From contig JAFYWB010000055.1 of NCBI GenBank assembly GCA_017549025.1, forward strand, positions 18,943 to 82,942: 64,000 nucleotides of DNA, given 5' to 3'. The notes under the pieces are model-generated. The model did not search any database, was not told where the DNA came from, and worked only from the letters and a program-made list of their open reading frames with translations. Positions 10,352 through 20,345 of the stretch are shown piece after piece. The translations under genes and the position numbers were made by a program. Source of the DNA: Treponema sp. (lineage in GTDB: Bacteria > Spirochaetota > Spirochaetia > Treponematales > Treponemataceae). Positions within the stretch are counted from its first letter, which is position 1. Each line of letters starts with the position of its first letter.

Positions 10352-11557
10352 TTACGATTGAGACATTACCGCACGATAAAAGTATTCCAGTTCATTTTTA
10401 TCCATCAGCACTGGCACAGGATACAGAGGATTTGCCTCTTTTTCTGCATAAGACACCATGTGGGGAATATCTTCCTCTCGAATAGCATCAAAGGATTCGG
10501 GAATATTCATATACTTGTTCAAATCACGAATGGCTTGAATAAATTTCTTAGCCGCCACCTCATCACTATCTGAATCAAGGCACACGCCACCAACCACAGC
10601 CATTTGATGGAGCTTTTTATACACAGCACTACCGTACTTTTCCAGCACCACAGGCATTAACACCGAATTAGCCAAGCCGTGGGGAATACCATACTGGCCG
10701 CCTAAGGTGTGAGCCACAGCATGAATATATCCCACGTAGGACTGGGTAAAGGCAACTCCCGCCTTGTAGGCAGCCTGAAGCATAGCCTCACGAGCAGCAT
10801 GATTATGACCATCATCGTAGGCAGCCTTGATGTTGCCAAAAATCAATTTTGTAGCATCCAAGGCCATTTGTCGTGTCTCTTTTGTGGTGGAGCCACCGAT
10901 GTAGGCTTCTACCGCATGGGCCAAAGCATCCATTCCCGTGGTGGCGGTAAGATGGGCCGGTAAGCTATATGTCACCTCTGGAGCCAAAACCGCATACCGA
11001 GGAATCATGGTAAAATTGTTCATGGTGTACTTGTGCTTTTCCACTGGGTCGGTGATAACAGCAGTAACGGTGGTTTCACTTCCCGTACCAGCTGTAGTGG
11101 GAATTGCCACCACAGGGGGAAGTCGTCTCCACACCCGCAGCAACCCACGCATTTGAGCCAAGGTCCTTTTGGGATACACCACACAGGCACCGGTAGCCTT
11201 AGCACAATCCATGGATGAACCGCCCCCAAAGGCAATCAAAGCCTGACACCCATTTGCTCGATACAAGGAAGTAGATTCCTCCACGTTCTGCACCGTGGGA
11301 TTGGGCTTTGTTCCGTCATACACATGGCATGCAATCCCAGCTTCCTGGAGCAAGGACTCCAACCTAGCTGTGGCACCAGAACCTCGCAGAAAAGAATCTG
11401 TTACCAAAAGCACAGACTGTATCCCCAAAGCCTTAAGCTCATCGATACATTCTTGAAAAGTAGAAAAAATCCTCGGCTTCCGATAGGGCATTAACGGAAT
11501 TGCCAGACGAAAGCCAAACTGAACACACCGACAAAATATTTTTTTTACTGGATTCAT
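10352..11557 (-). CDS. Iron-containing (group III) alcohol dehydrogenase
   Basis: 401 aa with GGGSSMDCAKA and the metal-binding region HAVAHTLGGQYGIPHG. The start overlaps the ispH stop (ATGA). Confidence 0.9.
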   Translation of the reverse strand: MNPVKKIFCRCVQFGFRLAIPLMPYRKPRIFSTFQECIDELKALGIQSVLLVTDSFLRGSGATARLESLLQEAGIACHVYDGTKPNPTVQNVEESTSLYRANGCQALIAFGGGSSMDCAKATGACVVYPKRTLAQMRGLLRVWRRLPPVVAIPTTAGTGSETTVTAVITDPVEKHKYTMNNFTMIPRYAVLAPEVTYSLPAHLTATTGMDALAHAVEAYIGGSTTKETRQMALDATKLIFGNIKAAYDDGHNHAAREAMLQAAYKAGVAFTQSYVGYIHAVAHTLGGQYGIPHGLANSVLMPVVLEKYGSAVYKKLHQMAVVGGVCLDSDSDEVAAKKFIQAIRDLNKYMNIPESFDAIREEDIPHMVSYAEKEANPLYPVPVLMDKNELEYFYRAVMSQS

Positions 11558-12501
11558 GCTTTTATCTCCTCAAATAATTTATGTTCGCCCTGCTGCAACC
11601 GTCGCTCCACCTCATCAATTACTTCATCTGGAGTGGAAGCACCAGCACTGAGTCCCACCCGCTGCAATTCAAAAAATTCTGAGGGAATCTCATCGGCAGT
11701 CTCTATTAACTCAGCCTTATCAAAGTATCGCTGGGCAGAGGTTAAAAGACGCTGAGTATTGGCAGAATGTTTGCCACCGATAATCAGTACTCCGTCCACC
11801 TTTCCCTGCAGGTCAGCTAAGGCATCCTGTCGTTCTGTGGTGGCAGGACAGATGGTGTCAAAAACCTCCAAGCCAGCAAGCACTGGAGTCAGTACTGCCT
11901 GTATTGCATCGTATTCCGAGCGGCTAATGGTGGTTTGACAAAGGAGCATGGCTTTTTCTGGCAATGGTTCCTGCCCAGCTTTAATATGCTCCACATACTC
12001 CAAGGCATCCTGCTTATTTCCCAGCAGCACACAACTACTGGTTCCTGTGGCAGCAGCTTGGGCACAACCAGCAATACCAGTTACCTCTCCGTGATTCTTG
12101 TCTCCCGCAATAATGACGGTATACCCTTTGGCAGCAAAGTCTGCCACCCGCTTTTGGCTCAGCATTACTCGGGGACAGGTGGCATCCACCACAGCCTTGC
12201 TTCGAGCGGTTACGTCAGCCTTTACTGCAGGGGTCACTCCGTGGGCACGAATCACCACCACATCGTCTCCACCTATTTTAGCAAAATCGTCATCTTTCAG
12301 AATTTGTACCCCCTCAGAAGCCAGCATATCCAAGGCAGTTTTATTATGAATGAGGGGACCCAAGGTCCACACTCGGCCACTGGGATTATTTGTAGCAGCC
12401 TTTTGGGCACCTTCCATAGCCCGGCGAACGCCCATGCAATATCCCAGCACCTTTGCTCGCACAACGGTAGGTACAGTTTTCTTATTTAGTTCATTACTCA
12501 T
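11554..12501 (-). CDS. ispH: 4-hydroxy-3-methylbut-2-enyl diphosphate reductase
   Basis: Three conserved Cys contexts (GYCMGVRRA, ATCPRV, ICPATTERQ). ATG 12501 (MSNELNKK) is preferred over the TTG at 12516, which sits in the upstream terminator T-run. Confidence 0.9.
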   Translation of the reverse strand: MSNELNKKTVPTVVRAKVLGYCMGVRRAMEGAQKAATNNPSGRVWTLGPLIHNKTALDMLASEGVQILKDDDFAKIGGDDVVVIRAHGVTPAVKADVTARSKAVVDATCPRVMLSQKRVADFAAKGYTVIIAGDKNHGEVTGIAGCAQAAATGTSSCVLLGNKQDALEYVEHIKAGQEPLPEKAMLLCQTTISRSEYDAIQAVLTPVLAGLEVFDTICPATTERQDALADLQGKVDGVLIIGGKHSANTQRLLTSAQRYFDKAELIETADEIPSEFFELQRVGLSAGASTPDEVIDEVERRLQQGEHKLFEEIKA

Positions 12502-12513
12502 ATCCAGAGTGTA

Positions 12514-12549
12514 CAAAAAAAAACCGTTTCTGTCATGCAGAAACGGTTT
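12514..12549 (-). terminator. Rho-independent terminator after secF
   Basis: 12-bp stem AAACCGTTTCTG (12521-12532) / CAGAAACGGTTT (12538-12549), with a T-run on the minus strand. Confidence 0.7.
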
Positions 12550-12568
12550 TCATTTATTGGACTATATC

Positions 12569-13813
12569 CTAGACTCGGCTTCCATCAGGAAAAACAAGAC
12601 CTTCGTTTTTCTGCTGGGGCACATCCTTTACCTCATCCTCAGGCTTCCAGTTCTTTCGGGTTTTAGCCAAGAAGGCACTGGTAATCATGATGGTAGAATA
12701 GGCACTGGATACAATACCGATAATCAAAGCCAAAGCAAAGTCATGGATGCTGCCAGTGGTAAAGACACACAGAGCGATTACTGCCAGCAAGGTTGTAACC
12801 GTAGTAATTACCGTACGACCAAAGCAGTCTGTCTGGGACTGATCAATAATATCCATAAAGTTCTTTGTCTTCATAAAACGAGTATTTTCACGAACACGGT
12901 CAAGCACAACAACGGTATCGTTAATACCATAACCAATGATGGTCAAGATTGCTGCCAGCGTTACAGTGTTAAACTCCATCTGTGTCCAAGCAATAAAGGA
13001 AATAATCACCAATGCGTCGTGGGTAATAGCCAAAACAGAAGCCAAGGCAAAGTCCCACTTAAAGCGGATGGTAGCATAAATCCAAATCAAGAAGAGGGCT
13101 GCAAGTACCAACAATACAGACTGCAATACCAAAGAGCCAGAGAACTGGGCACCGATAAAGTCAGTCTTGATGATGGCTACATTGTCAGCACCAAAGGTAG
13201 CAGCCAACGCATCGGTTACAGCGTGCTGCAAATCCATGCTAGTTTTTCCGTCGCCACTGTCTCCAATACGAATCTGGAACACTTCAGCAGCACCAGAGCC
13301 TGCAACCTTTACAGACACATCTTCCAAGCCTGCCAATGCAGCACGAACAGCCTCTGCGTCAGCCAGCTGGCCTTCACCACTGTAATACAAGTCGTAGGGA
13401 GTGGAAGAAAGCACTGCAGCTACAGCTGAATTGGCAAACAAGCCTTCAGCAGGAGTAGCGGCACTTAAAGCCTTGGCAGAAACACCAGGCACCTGAGCCA
13501 TGGCAGCAGCCATTTCCCCAACGGTGGCGTATTCAGCAAAGGGATACACACGTGTTTCGTTTTCGGCACCAACACCACTTACAACCAAGGTCACATCCCA
13601 GGGATTGATTTCTACTGCCACAGAAGCAGCACCGCTATAAGAAAGCTCCATTACGGGCTCCACCAAGCGCACCTCGGCCATCAAACCAGGCTTAAAGTCA
13701 ATTCCAAAGTTGATTCCCTTAGTCAACAGGGGGAACAAGCCACTGAGAATCAATACAGCACTGAAAATCACTGCTGGAACGATATATTTACTGAATTGTA
13801 CAACCTTTTTCAT
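12569..13813 (-). CDS. secF: Protein translocase subunit SecF
   Basis: 414 aa. Long periplasmic loop, then the RND-like 6-TM core (GYGINDTVVVLDRVRE). Its start overlaps the secD stop. Confidence 0.93.
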   Translation of the reverse strand: MKKVVQFSKYIVPAVIFSAVLILSGLFPLLTKGINFGIDFKPGLMAEVRLVEPVMELSYSGAASVAVEINPWDVTLVVSGVGAENETRVYPFAEYATVGEMAAAMAQVPGVSAKALSAATPAEGLFANSAVAAVLSSTPYDLYYSGEGQLADAEAVRAALAGLEDVSVKVAGSGAAEVFQIRIGDSGDGKTSMDLQHAVTDALAATFGADNVAIIKTDFIGAQFSGSLVLQSVLLVLAALFLIWIYATIRFKWDFALASVLAITHDALVIISFIAWTQMEFNTVTLAAILTIIGYGINDTVVVLDRVRENTRFMKTKNFMDIIDQSQTDCFGRTVITTVTTLLAVIALCVFTTGSIHDFALALIIGIVSSAYSTIMITSAFLAKTRKNWKPEDEVKDVPQQKNEGLVFPDGSRV

Positions 13814-15546
13814 TACTTGATCCTCCAGCTAATGCTTACCCGCTGCTTTTTCAGCACGTCAGTTCCCACATCGAACATCAGTCGGGAAACCACCAGAGCG
13901 GTAAATACGGAAGAAACAACACCGATGGAAAGGCTTACTGCAAATCCCTGAATGGGGCCTGTTCCCAACTGGGACAAGAACATAGCTGCAATAAAGGTAG
14001 TGATGTTACCGTCCATAATTGCCCAGAAAGCATTGTTAAATCCAGCGGCAATAGAAGCTGCACGACTCTTGCCCAACAGCAACTCTTCCTTGATACGCTC
14101 AAAGATAATTACGTTGGCGTCAACAGCCATACCGATGGTCAAGATCATACCAGCGATACTTGGCAGGGTCAAAGTCAGGTTAAATGCAGACAGCACACTG
14201 AACATGATGTACAGGTTCAAAACCTGGGCAACAATGGCATTGAAACCAGCACCCTTGTACCACAGCAGCATGAACACCATAACGGAAAGCAAGCCATACA
14301 GCAATGCATTTACACCCTGATTGATAGCCTGATCTCCCAAGGATGCTCCAACCACCTGCTGACTTTCCACCTCAAGGGGAACGCTCAACCAAGCAGTCTG
14401 CAATACCTTGCGAATATTCTCAACTTCATCCACACCGAATCCAGACAGAGCAACCTGTCCGCCAGTAATGGGCTCGTTGATTCGGGCGTAGGACTTGATT
14501 TTATCATCAGAAACGATGGCCAAATTTTCCTGGGCATGAGCAGTGGTAAAGTCACCAAAGATAATTGTTCCCTCGCCATCCAAGGTAAAGTTTACCTGAG
14601 GACGACCAGTATAGTCAGAACCAACCTCAGCAGACTTAATATGCTTTCCGTCCAGAGCAATTTCTTTCTTTACAACCAAGTAGCCAACTCGCTCGTCAAG
14701 ACCGTACTCATCCTTTTCATACAATCCCAAAACCTCACAGTCTGCAGGAATGATGCCAGGATTAATCAGCTCACCTGCAGCGTTGAAGGTGTTTGCAGGA
14801 TTAGCGGTATAGTAGTTCATGAAGCTGTTAGTAGCAACAGTGTCCACCAAGCGGAAATTCAAGATTCCCTTACCCATGATGATGGAATTAATGCGGTCAG
14901 TTTCTGCTGCACCAGGCATTTCGATATAGATTCTATCCTCACCCTGACGACGAATTACTGGCTCAGTCAAACCAAAGCGGTCAATACGACTGGTGAGTGT
15001 TTCGATGGCCTGGGTCATGGCCTCTTCTCGGAAGACTGCGGGGTCAGAAACGCTTTCACCGGCCTGAGCCAAGGCTGCATCCAAGTCAGCCTTTACGATA
15101 ACGCTCATACCACCAGACAAGTCCAAGCCCAACTTTACAGAGTTGTTGTACAGACGCTTTGCCTGAAGAATTTCATCACGATAATGGCCTTCAATGGCAG
15201 CCAGCAAGGCAGCTTCGGTGGCATATCCTTCCAAAGCACCACGAACACTCATGGGAGAAGGCACTGGCAAACCATTTTTCTTATAATTCTTGGTAGCCAG
15301 CTTTTCCAACCAGTCCATATCCTCAGGCAAGGAAGCAGCGGGATTTGATCGAGCCAGCGCCTTCAGCTCATTTACATCTGCACTGGCCTGTACATTTGAA
15401 TAATCCTTGATTTTCTCCAGAGAACCTAATGCCAAATTCTGAACCTCTTTTGGTGTCCAAAGATACCAACTCAAAGAGGGCCATAAAAAGGCAAAGCAAA
15501 CTCCGAGAACAACCAGAATGAGAAGAAATCGACTTCTTTTGTTCAT
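13813..15546 (-). CDS. secD: Protein translocase subunit SecD
   Basis: 577 aa. N-terminal TM, periplasmic domain, C-terminal TM bundle (TLPSIAGMILTIGMAVDANVIIFERIKEE). Confidence 0.93.
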   Translation of the reverse strand: MNKRSRFLLILVVLGVCFAFLWPSLSWYLWTPKEVQNLALGSLEKIKDYSNVQASADVNELKALARSNPAASLPEDMDWLEKLATKNYKKNGLPVPSPMSVRGALEGYATEAALLAAIEGHYRDEILQAKRLYNNSVKLGLDLSGGMSVIVKADLDAALAQAGESVSDPAVFREEAMTQAIETLTSRIDRFGLTEPVIRRQGEDRIYIEMPGAAETDRINSIIMGKGILNFRLVDTVATNSFMNYYTANPANTFNAAGELINPGIIPADCEVLGLYEKDEYGLDERVGYLVVKKEIALDGKHIKSAEVGSDYTGRPQVNFTLDGEGTIIFGDFTTAHAQENLAIVSDDKIKSYARINEPITGGQVALSGFGVDEVENIRKVLQTAWLSVPLEVESQQVVGASLGDQAINQGVNALLYGLLSVMVFMLLWYKGAGFNAIVAQVLNLYIMFSVLSAFNLTLTLPSIAGMILTIGMAVDANVIIFERIKEELLLGKSRAASIAAGFNNAFWAIMDGNITTFIAAMFLSQLGTGPIQGFAVSLSIGVVSSVFTALVVSRLMFDVGTDVLKKQRVSISWRIK

Positions 15547-15561
15547 GGAATTTGCTCCGAT

Positions 15562-15963
15562 TTACTTGTTTTCTTCAGTAGAAGCTTCTGTTGCAGCTGC
15601 AGGGGCTTCCTCAGTCTTGTCAGCCTTCTTGTCATCCTTAGCAGCCTTAGAATCCTTCTCAGCCTTTTCTACAACAACAGTAGCAATGGCATTCCGAGAG
15701 AATTCAATCTTGGCATTGTCATCAACCTTTACAATAACAGTCTTTTCCTTAGTGGAAGAAATTACACCGTGAATACCACCAACTGTTACAACCTTGTCGC
15801 CTTTCTTCAAAGCGGAAAGCATTTTTTCAGTTTCCTTCTGTTTTTTGTTCTGTGGTCTGATGATAAAGAAATAGAAGATAAGAATAATCAAACCAAAGGG
15901 AAGTACAGACATGAGCATGGAACCGGATCCTGCAGCAGCCTGAAGAAGAGAAATAAAAGACAT
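15562..15963 (-). CDS. yajC: Preprotein translocase subunit YajC, with a Lys/Ala/Glu-rich C-terminal extension
   Basis: MSFISLLQAAAGS...FFIIRPQNKKQKE...GDKVVTVGGIHG is the YajC signature. ATG 15963 follows AAGGTG. Confidence 0.85.
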   Translation of the reverse strand: MSFISLLQAAAGSGSMLMSVLPFGLIILIFYFFIIRPQNKKQKETEKMLSALKKGDKVVTVGGIHGVISSTKEKTVIVKVDDNAKIEFSRNAIATVVVEKAEKDSKAAKDDKKADKTEEAPAAATEASTEENK

Positions 15964-16047
15964 AAAAATCCACCTTACATATAAGATTAAGTCCAATCAG
16001 AATACCATAGCACCAAACCTGCGTCAAGTAAGACTTTTTTTCAAACC

Positions 16048-16076
16048 TTTACACATGACAGTGAACGTGGTATATT
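16048..16076 (+). promoter_or_regulatory. Sigma70-type promoter with extended -10 for ilvE
   Basis: TTTACA (16048-16053), 17-nt spacer, TGgTATATT (-10 at 16071-16076). Confidence 0.5.
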
Positions 16077-16119
16077 TTATGTCATTACAAACAGTAACAA
16101 TATTTTTTAGGAGGAAACA

Positions 16120-17205
16120 ATGGCCTTTACTTTGGAGATGTATCCTATCTCCTACATTGCCCGATATAACCCACAAACAAAATCCTGGGAAGAAGAATGG
16201 ATTGAATCAGACACCATTCCCTACAACCAGCTTCTCACCATGAATGAAGAAGAGAGACAAAAGGTTTTTGCTCACCGCAATCAGCTAGGCATTCCTGCTG
16301 TATCCTACACCAGCCAATACGGCTACGGTTGCTTTGAGGGAATGAAGGCATATCCCCGCAAGGATGGCAAAATCAGCATCTTCCGCCCAGATCGGAATGC
16401 AAACCGTTTCAGAAAATCCATGGAAGGCTTGTATTGTCCTGGCTTTCCAGAGGAAATGTACATTAAGGCTTCCTGCGAATTTATCCGTCGCAACGCCGAA
16501 TTGGGTTATGTACCTGCATACAATAGCCAGTGGGAAGAAAATAACTATGCTTCAGCCAGCGCCGTCTATATGCGTCCCTTCATGAACAGTGAGGCTGCCA
16601 TCGGTATCGGTATTTCAAAGGCACCCTACGTGGTGATTTGTGCCACCAGTGTTTCCACCTATTTCAAGGGAGGCAACACAAAGGCCATTACGACAAACCG
16701 CATTCGAGCAACTCCTCATGGTACTGGCTGGATAAAGTGTGCCTCCAACTATGTTATTTCCACCTTGGCAAAGAAGGAAGCAGAAGAAGCAGGCTTTATG
16801 GAGGTTGTATATCTGGATGCCGTTGAACGGAAATACATTCAGGAAGGCTCATCCTGCAATATCTTCTTCTTGATGAAGGATGGCACCTTGGTAACACCAG
16901 AGCTGGGAGACACCATTCTCCCCGGTATCACTCGTGCCAGCATTATCGATTTGGCTCGCCAGCAGGGACATAAGGTAGAAGAACGACTTATTTCTATAGA
17001 AGAAGTTATGGATTCTGGCATGGAGTGCTTTGTAACGGGAACCGCTGCAGGAATCACTCCTATCGAAAGCCTTACACACAATGGAGTGGAGCGAGTATTC
17101 AACAACAGAAAGCCCGGCGAGCTGGGAGAAAGTCTCCAAAAGCAGCTGAAGGGCATCCAGTACGGTGCCATCCAAGACACCAATAACTGGAACTTGATTC
17201 TGTAG
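16120..17205 (+). CDS. ilvE: Branched-chain amino acid aminotransferase (fold type IV)
   Basis: 361 aa with YMRPFMNSEAAIGIG and EGSSCNIFFLMKDGTLVTPELGDTILPGITR. AGGAGG RBS. Confidence 0.9.
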   Translation: MAFTLEMYPISYIARYNPQTKSWEEEWIESDTIPYNQLLTMNEEERQKVFAHRNQLGIPAVSYTSQYGYGCFEGMKAYPRKDGKISIFRPDRNANRFRKSMEGLYCPGFPEEMYIKASCEFIRRNAELGYVPAYNSQWEENNYASASAVYMRPFMNSEAAIGIGISKAPYVVICATSVSTYFKGGNTKAITTNRIRATPHGTGWIKCASNYVISTLAKKEAEEAGFMEVVYLDAVERKYIQEGSSCNIFFLMKDGTLVTPELGDTILPGITRASIIDLARQQGHKVEERLISIEEVMDSGMECFVTGTAAGITPIESLTHNGVERVFNNRKPGELGESLQKQLKGIQYGAIQDTNNWNLIL

Positions 17206-17220
17206 TTTTATAATTCCATA

Positions 17221-17283
17221 AAAAAAGACTGGGCAAGCTCGAAGTTTTATAACACTTCAGCTTCAAACCCAGTCTTTTTTTTG
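17221..17283. terminator. Bidirectional rho-independent terminator (ilvE / MCP gene)
   Basis: AAAAAAGACTGGG (17221-17233) pairs with CCCAGTCTTTTTT (17268-17280). An A-run precedes the stem and a T-run follows it. Confidence 0.7.
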
Positions 17284-17299
17284 TATTTGGCTGTCAGAT

Positions 17300-18739
17300 T
17301 TAGCCAATGGTTGTCCGCAATTTTACCAGACAATCAATAACAGCATTTGACCTATCCAGCAATTCACGGTACTTCTTTTCCCGCTCTTCTACGGACATCA
17401 AATTCTTGTTTCTAAACACATCCTTTACAATGCCATGGAGGGCTTCATGCTCTCTCAGCAGGTTCTGGAAGGTTGCAGTAGAGGTAATACCAGTGGCAGC
17501 AGCCTCATTGTCGATCCATTTACCCAAGTCACAGGCATGGTGGTCACCCAAGGTAACACCTTCCCCACTCATCTTTCCATCCAACAAGGCCCGAACCTTT
17601 GTTACCCAAGCAAGATGCTTCAACAAGATAGATGTAAAGGGGAATTTCTCTGTTACGTATTTTGAAGTTCCAGTACCATCGCACTGTGCCCGCTTACGAA
17701 CATTTCCATCAATATCGAGAGCGCAGTTCAACATATTATTCATGTCAAAAAGGTCACCGCTCATCATGTGGGAAATTTCATCAGCCTGCTTTTTGATGGC
17801 AGCCAAACCAACTCTCTCACTGTTTAACTCTGATACCATCTTGTTTACATTAGTAGAGATAGAAGAGAAATAGCTGTCTGTTTGACGGGAAAGATCAGAA
17901 ACCTGACGTACCGACTGGGTAATCTGACGGCTTCCAGAAGCAAGACTATCCATTTCGGAGGTAATCTCCTGGAAGGTTGAACGAGTTTCATCCACCTTAC
18001 CATCAATCCACTTCATAGCTGTACCAGCTTCATCAGCTGTGTGGTGAGCATCAGCCAAGGTATCAATCATGCTCTTAAGAGTTTTTTCAATGTTAGCGGA
18101 GTTTGCCTTTGTTCCTTCAGAAAGCTTTCTAATTTCTCCTGCAACTACAGCAAAACCAAGACCAGCCTTACCAGCATGAGCAGCCTCAATGGCAGCATTC
18201 ATAGCCAGCAGGTTTGTTCGTTCACTAATATCGTTGATGGCGGAAATAACATCCTTGATAGCATCTACGTTCTGGCTCAATACGTTAATAACATCCAAAA
18301 CCCGTGCAACCTTGCCAGCACCTTCACCAGTTGCAGTGGCAAGTTCATCCGTAATTTGAATTCTGTTTGAAACAACACTAGCAATATTTTGAACGGAAGA
18401 ACCAAACTGCTCAAACACAGCACCAGAAGATTGAATTTCGTTATTCAATCGCTTCAAGGAGTTCTCCATTTCAGTCATTCTTGTTCCAACATCGCTGGCA
18501 GAGCTAAAGACAGACTCTATACTGTTGGCAAACGAGCCTAAATTCTCCTTTTGCTCAGTCAAACAAAACAGAACATTAGACACAGACTTAATACTAGAGC
18601 GTAACAAAAAAGACAACTTTTCTGACGCGGAATAAATACCATCCAAATCCTGACAACTAGCACCAACAGCACGTTGGGTTGTTGAACCTACAGAAACATC
18701 AGCATTTTCAGTGGCCTTAGCCTTATTCTTACCAAACAT
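17300..18739 (-). CDS. Soluble methyl-accepting chemotaxis protein with C-terminal CZB (chemoreceptor zinc-binding) domain
   Basis: MCP signalling tip [38 protein letters not shown]. No hydrophobic TM segment visible. C-terminal [13 protein letters not shown]...[11 protein letters not shown] matches the CZB H-x3-C...H...H pattern. Confidence 0.85.
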   Translation of the reverse strand: MFGKNKAKATENADVSVGSTTQRAVGASCQDLDGIYSASEKLSFLLRSSIKSVSNVLFCLTEQKENLGSFANSIESVFSSASDVGTRMTEMENSLKRLNNEIQSSGAVFEQFGSSVQNIASVVSNRIQITDELATATGEGAGKVARVLDVINVLSQNVDAIKDVISAINDISERTNLLAMNAAIEAAHAGKAGLGFAVVAGEIRKLSEGTKANSANIEKTLKSMIDTLADAHHTADEAGTAMKWIDGKVDETRSTFQEITSEMDSLASGSRQITQSVRQVSDLSRQTDSYFSSISTNVNKMVSELNSERVGLAAIKKQADEISHMMSGDLFDMNNMLNCALDIDGNVRKRAQCDGTGTSKYVTEKFPFTSILLKHLAWVTKVRALLDGKMSGEGVTLGDHHACDLGKWIDNEAAATGITSTATFQNLLREHEALHGIVKDVFRNKNLMSVEEREKKYRELLDRSNAVIDCLVKLRTTIG

Positions 18740-18802
18740 AAATTCAGTATAGCATAGACATATTAGAAAAACAAGAATTATTTCACAAATATTAGCTGGC
18801 CT

Positions 18803-19660
18803 TTAATCTTCTACCTGTTGTAAATCTTCACAAATCAGGCTATACACACCCTTTTTTATCCGAACAAGAGTCTGATTTTTTTCATCCTGCTTTTCAAGAT
18901 ACTTCCGTATACAATGAATATAACGGTATATTTTTCGTACACTTTTTTCATCTTCAGGCAACATCAATAGCTCCAACATTTCAGCAAGGGATACTAAGGC
19001 ATTTTTTCGCCTGCAAAATAAATCCAAAAGAAGGTATTCTGAAAAAGACATTCTGGACACCTTCTGTGCCTTTAAATATCCTGCCACCAGAACCCGTTCT
19101 TCCTCAGATACAATTTTCTGAGCTGGCTCTTTTCGTAATCTGATAGGTTCTTGTAGCTCCACAGGTTTTTCTGGAACCTGCAAGTCTGATGTAGAAAAAT
19201 CTTCCGATGGAGCTTCTATTTGAATCAACTGTTTTGCCTCATCAGTTTTTACTGTAGTCAAAAGCTCCTGCATCCGATGACTTTCCACCACACTATCCCC
19301 TAAAAAAGGCTGATTTGCTACAATTCGTAGTAGGGATTCCAGCTCCGGTGTCCATAAATCAGGCCAACGTTCGTTTATTTTATCTTCCCAGTGAATAAAC
19401 AGGTTGTTGACTGTTCGTGGTTCGTTCAAAAAAAGAAAGATAAAGCTTCCTTCTTTTTCTTTAATATGCTTAAACACATCGAATTTATTGAAATTCATAA
19501 AATTACAATCAGCAAAAACCAAATCAATGGTCATGCGGGAGAACAAAACATGAAGGTCATTTACAGCATGTGCTGTCCAAAAAGGAAGATTTGCGTTTTC
19601 CATGCGGGAAGCATATTCGACATAAAACAGAGGATTTTCGGCCAAAAACAACACATTCAT
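18803..19660 (-). CDS. Atypical response-regulator-like protein: degenerate receiver plus OmpR/PhoB-type winged-helix
   Basis: N-terminus MNVLFLAENP... has EN where receivers carry the DD acidic pair. The C-terminus (LLLDLFCRRKNALVSLAEMLE...RKIYRYIHCIRKYLE...LVRIKKGVYSL) looks like a trans_reg_C wHTH. ATG 19660 follows GGAG. Confidence 0.6.
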   Translation of the reverse strand: MNVLFLAENPLFYVEYASRMENANLPFWTAHAVNDLHVLFSRMTIDLVFADCNFMNFNKFDVFKHIKEKEGSFIFLFLNEPRTVNNLFIHWEDKINERWPDLWTPELESLLRIVANQPFLGDSVVESHRMQELLTTVKTDEAKQLIQIEAPSEDFSTSDLQVPEKPVELQEPIRLRKEPAQKIVSEEERVLVAGYLKAQKVSRMSFSEYLLLDLFCRRKNALVSLAEMLELLMLPEDEKSVRKIYRYIHCIRKYLEKQDEKNQTLVRIKKGVYSLICEDLQQVED

Positions 19661-19676
19661 TTTTATCTCCAAGCCC

Positions 19677-19705
19677 TTGACCTAAAAAAGTTTTTATGTT
19701 GTAAT
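19677..19705 (+). promoter_or_regulatory. Candidate sigma70 promoter for tRNA-Val
   Basis: TTGACC (19677-19682), 17-nt spacer, TGTAAT (19700-19705), 14 nt before the tRNA 5' end. Confidence 0.45.
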
Positions 19706-19719
19706 ATTGAAACCTTTTA

Positions 19720-19793
19720 GGGCGATTAGCTCAGTTGGTTAGAGTACAAGCATGACACGCTTGGGGTCACTGGTTCGATTCCAGTATCGCCCA
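19720..19793 (+). tRNA. tRNA-Val (anticodon GAC)
   Basis: Hand-folded cloverleaf. Acceptor GGGCGAT/ATCGCCC, D-arm GCTC..GAGT, anticodon stem CAAGC/GCTTG with loop ATGACAC (anticodon GAC), T-arm ACTGG-TTCGATT-CCAGT, discriminator A. CCA is not encoded. Confidence 0.92.
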
Positions 19794-19796
19794 AAG

Positions 19797-19827
19797 AGAC
19801 AGTTGGTTTCCAGCTGTCTTTTTTTTA
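19797..19827 (+). terminator. Rho-independent terminator after tRNA-Val
   Basis: AGACAGTTGG / CCAGCTGTCT stem, then a T9 run. Confidence 0.7.
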
Positions 19828-19900
19828 TCCATAGATTTTCTGTGAGTTTAAAGAAAAAGCCGTATCGTAAACAACGACACGGCCGTTATTCTTCACAAAA

Positions 19901-20335
19901 CTATTTAATAGAAGCTCCAATGCGCTCCAGAACCTTCTTTCTGTCCAAGGGCTTAACAATATAGTTCTTTGCACCAAGCATAAGGGACTTCTTTACTAGC
20001 TCTTCCTTACCCAAAGCACTTACCATTACTACCTTAGCATTCTTATCAAAGGACATAATCTGTTCAAGGGCAGTAATTCCATCCATTCGAGGCATTGTAA
20101 TATCCATTGTTACAACGTCTACATTTGGATACAATTCCTTGTATTTATCAACACCCTCTTTACCGTCTCCAGCAGTAGCCACAACCTCATATCCTTCACT
20201 GGACAGAATCTGGCCAAGCTGCTTTGCAACGAACATAGAGTCATCAACAACAAGCACCTTTACCTTTGTTCCATCTACACGCACACCTTCAGGTGGTCTT
20301 TCATTAATTGAAGGAAAATCCTGCTTTGTTTTCAT
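19901..20335 (-). CDS. cheY: Chemotaxis response regulator CheY
   Basis: Receiver domain VLVVDDSMFVAKQL...VTMDITMPRMDG...VMVSALG...AKNYIVKP. ATG 20335 follows AAGGAG. Confidence 0.9.
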   Translation of the reverse strand: MKTKQDFPSINERPPEGVRVDGTKVKVLVVDDSMFVAKQLGQILSSEGYEVVATAGDGKEGVDKYKELYPNVDVVTMDITMPRMDGITALEQIMSFDKNAKVVMVSALGKEELVKKSLMLGAKNYIVKPLDRKKVLERIGASIK

Positions 20336-20345
20336 ATTTTCTCCT

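Noticed and set aside
12350-13429. 359-aa plus-strand ORF, plus similar long antisense ORFs at 14536-15348, 44599-45312, 50495-51181 and 33152-33760
   Set aside because: All lie entirely opposite strongly supported genes (ispH/secF, secD, U32, galE, ppaC). Their translations are low-complexity and stop-poor only because of the codon bias of the real gene.
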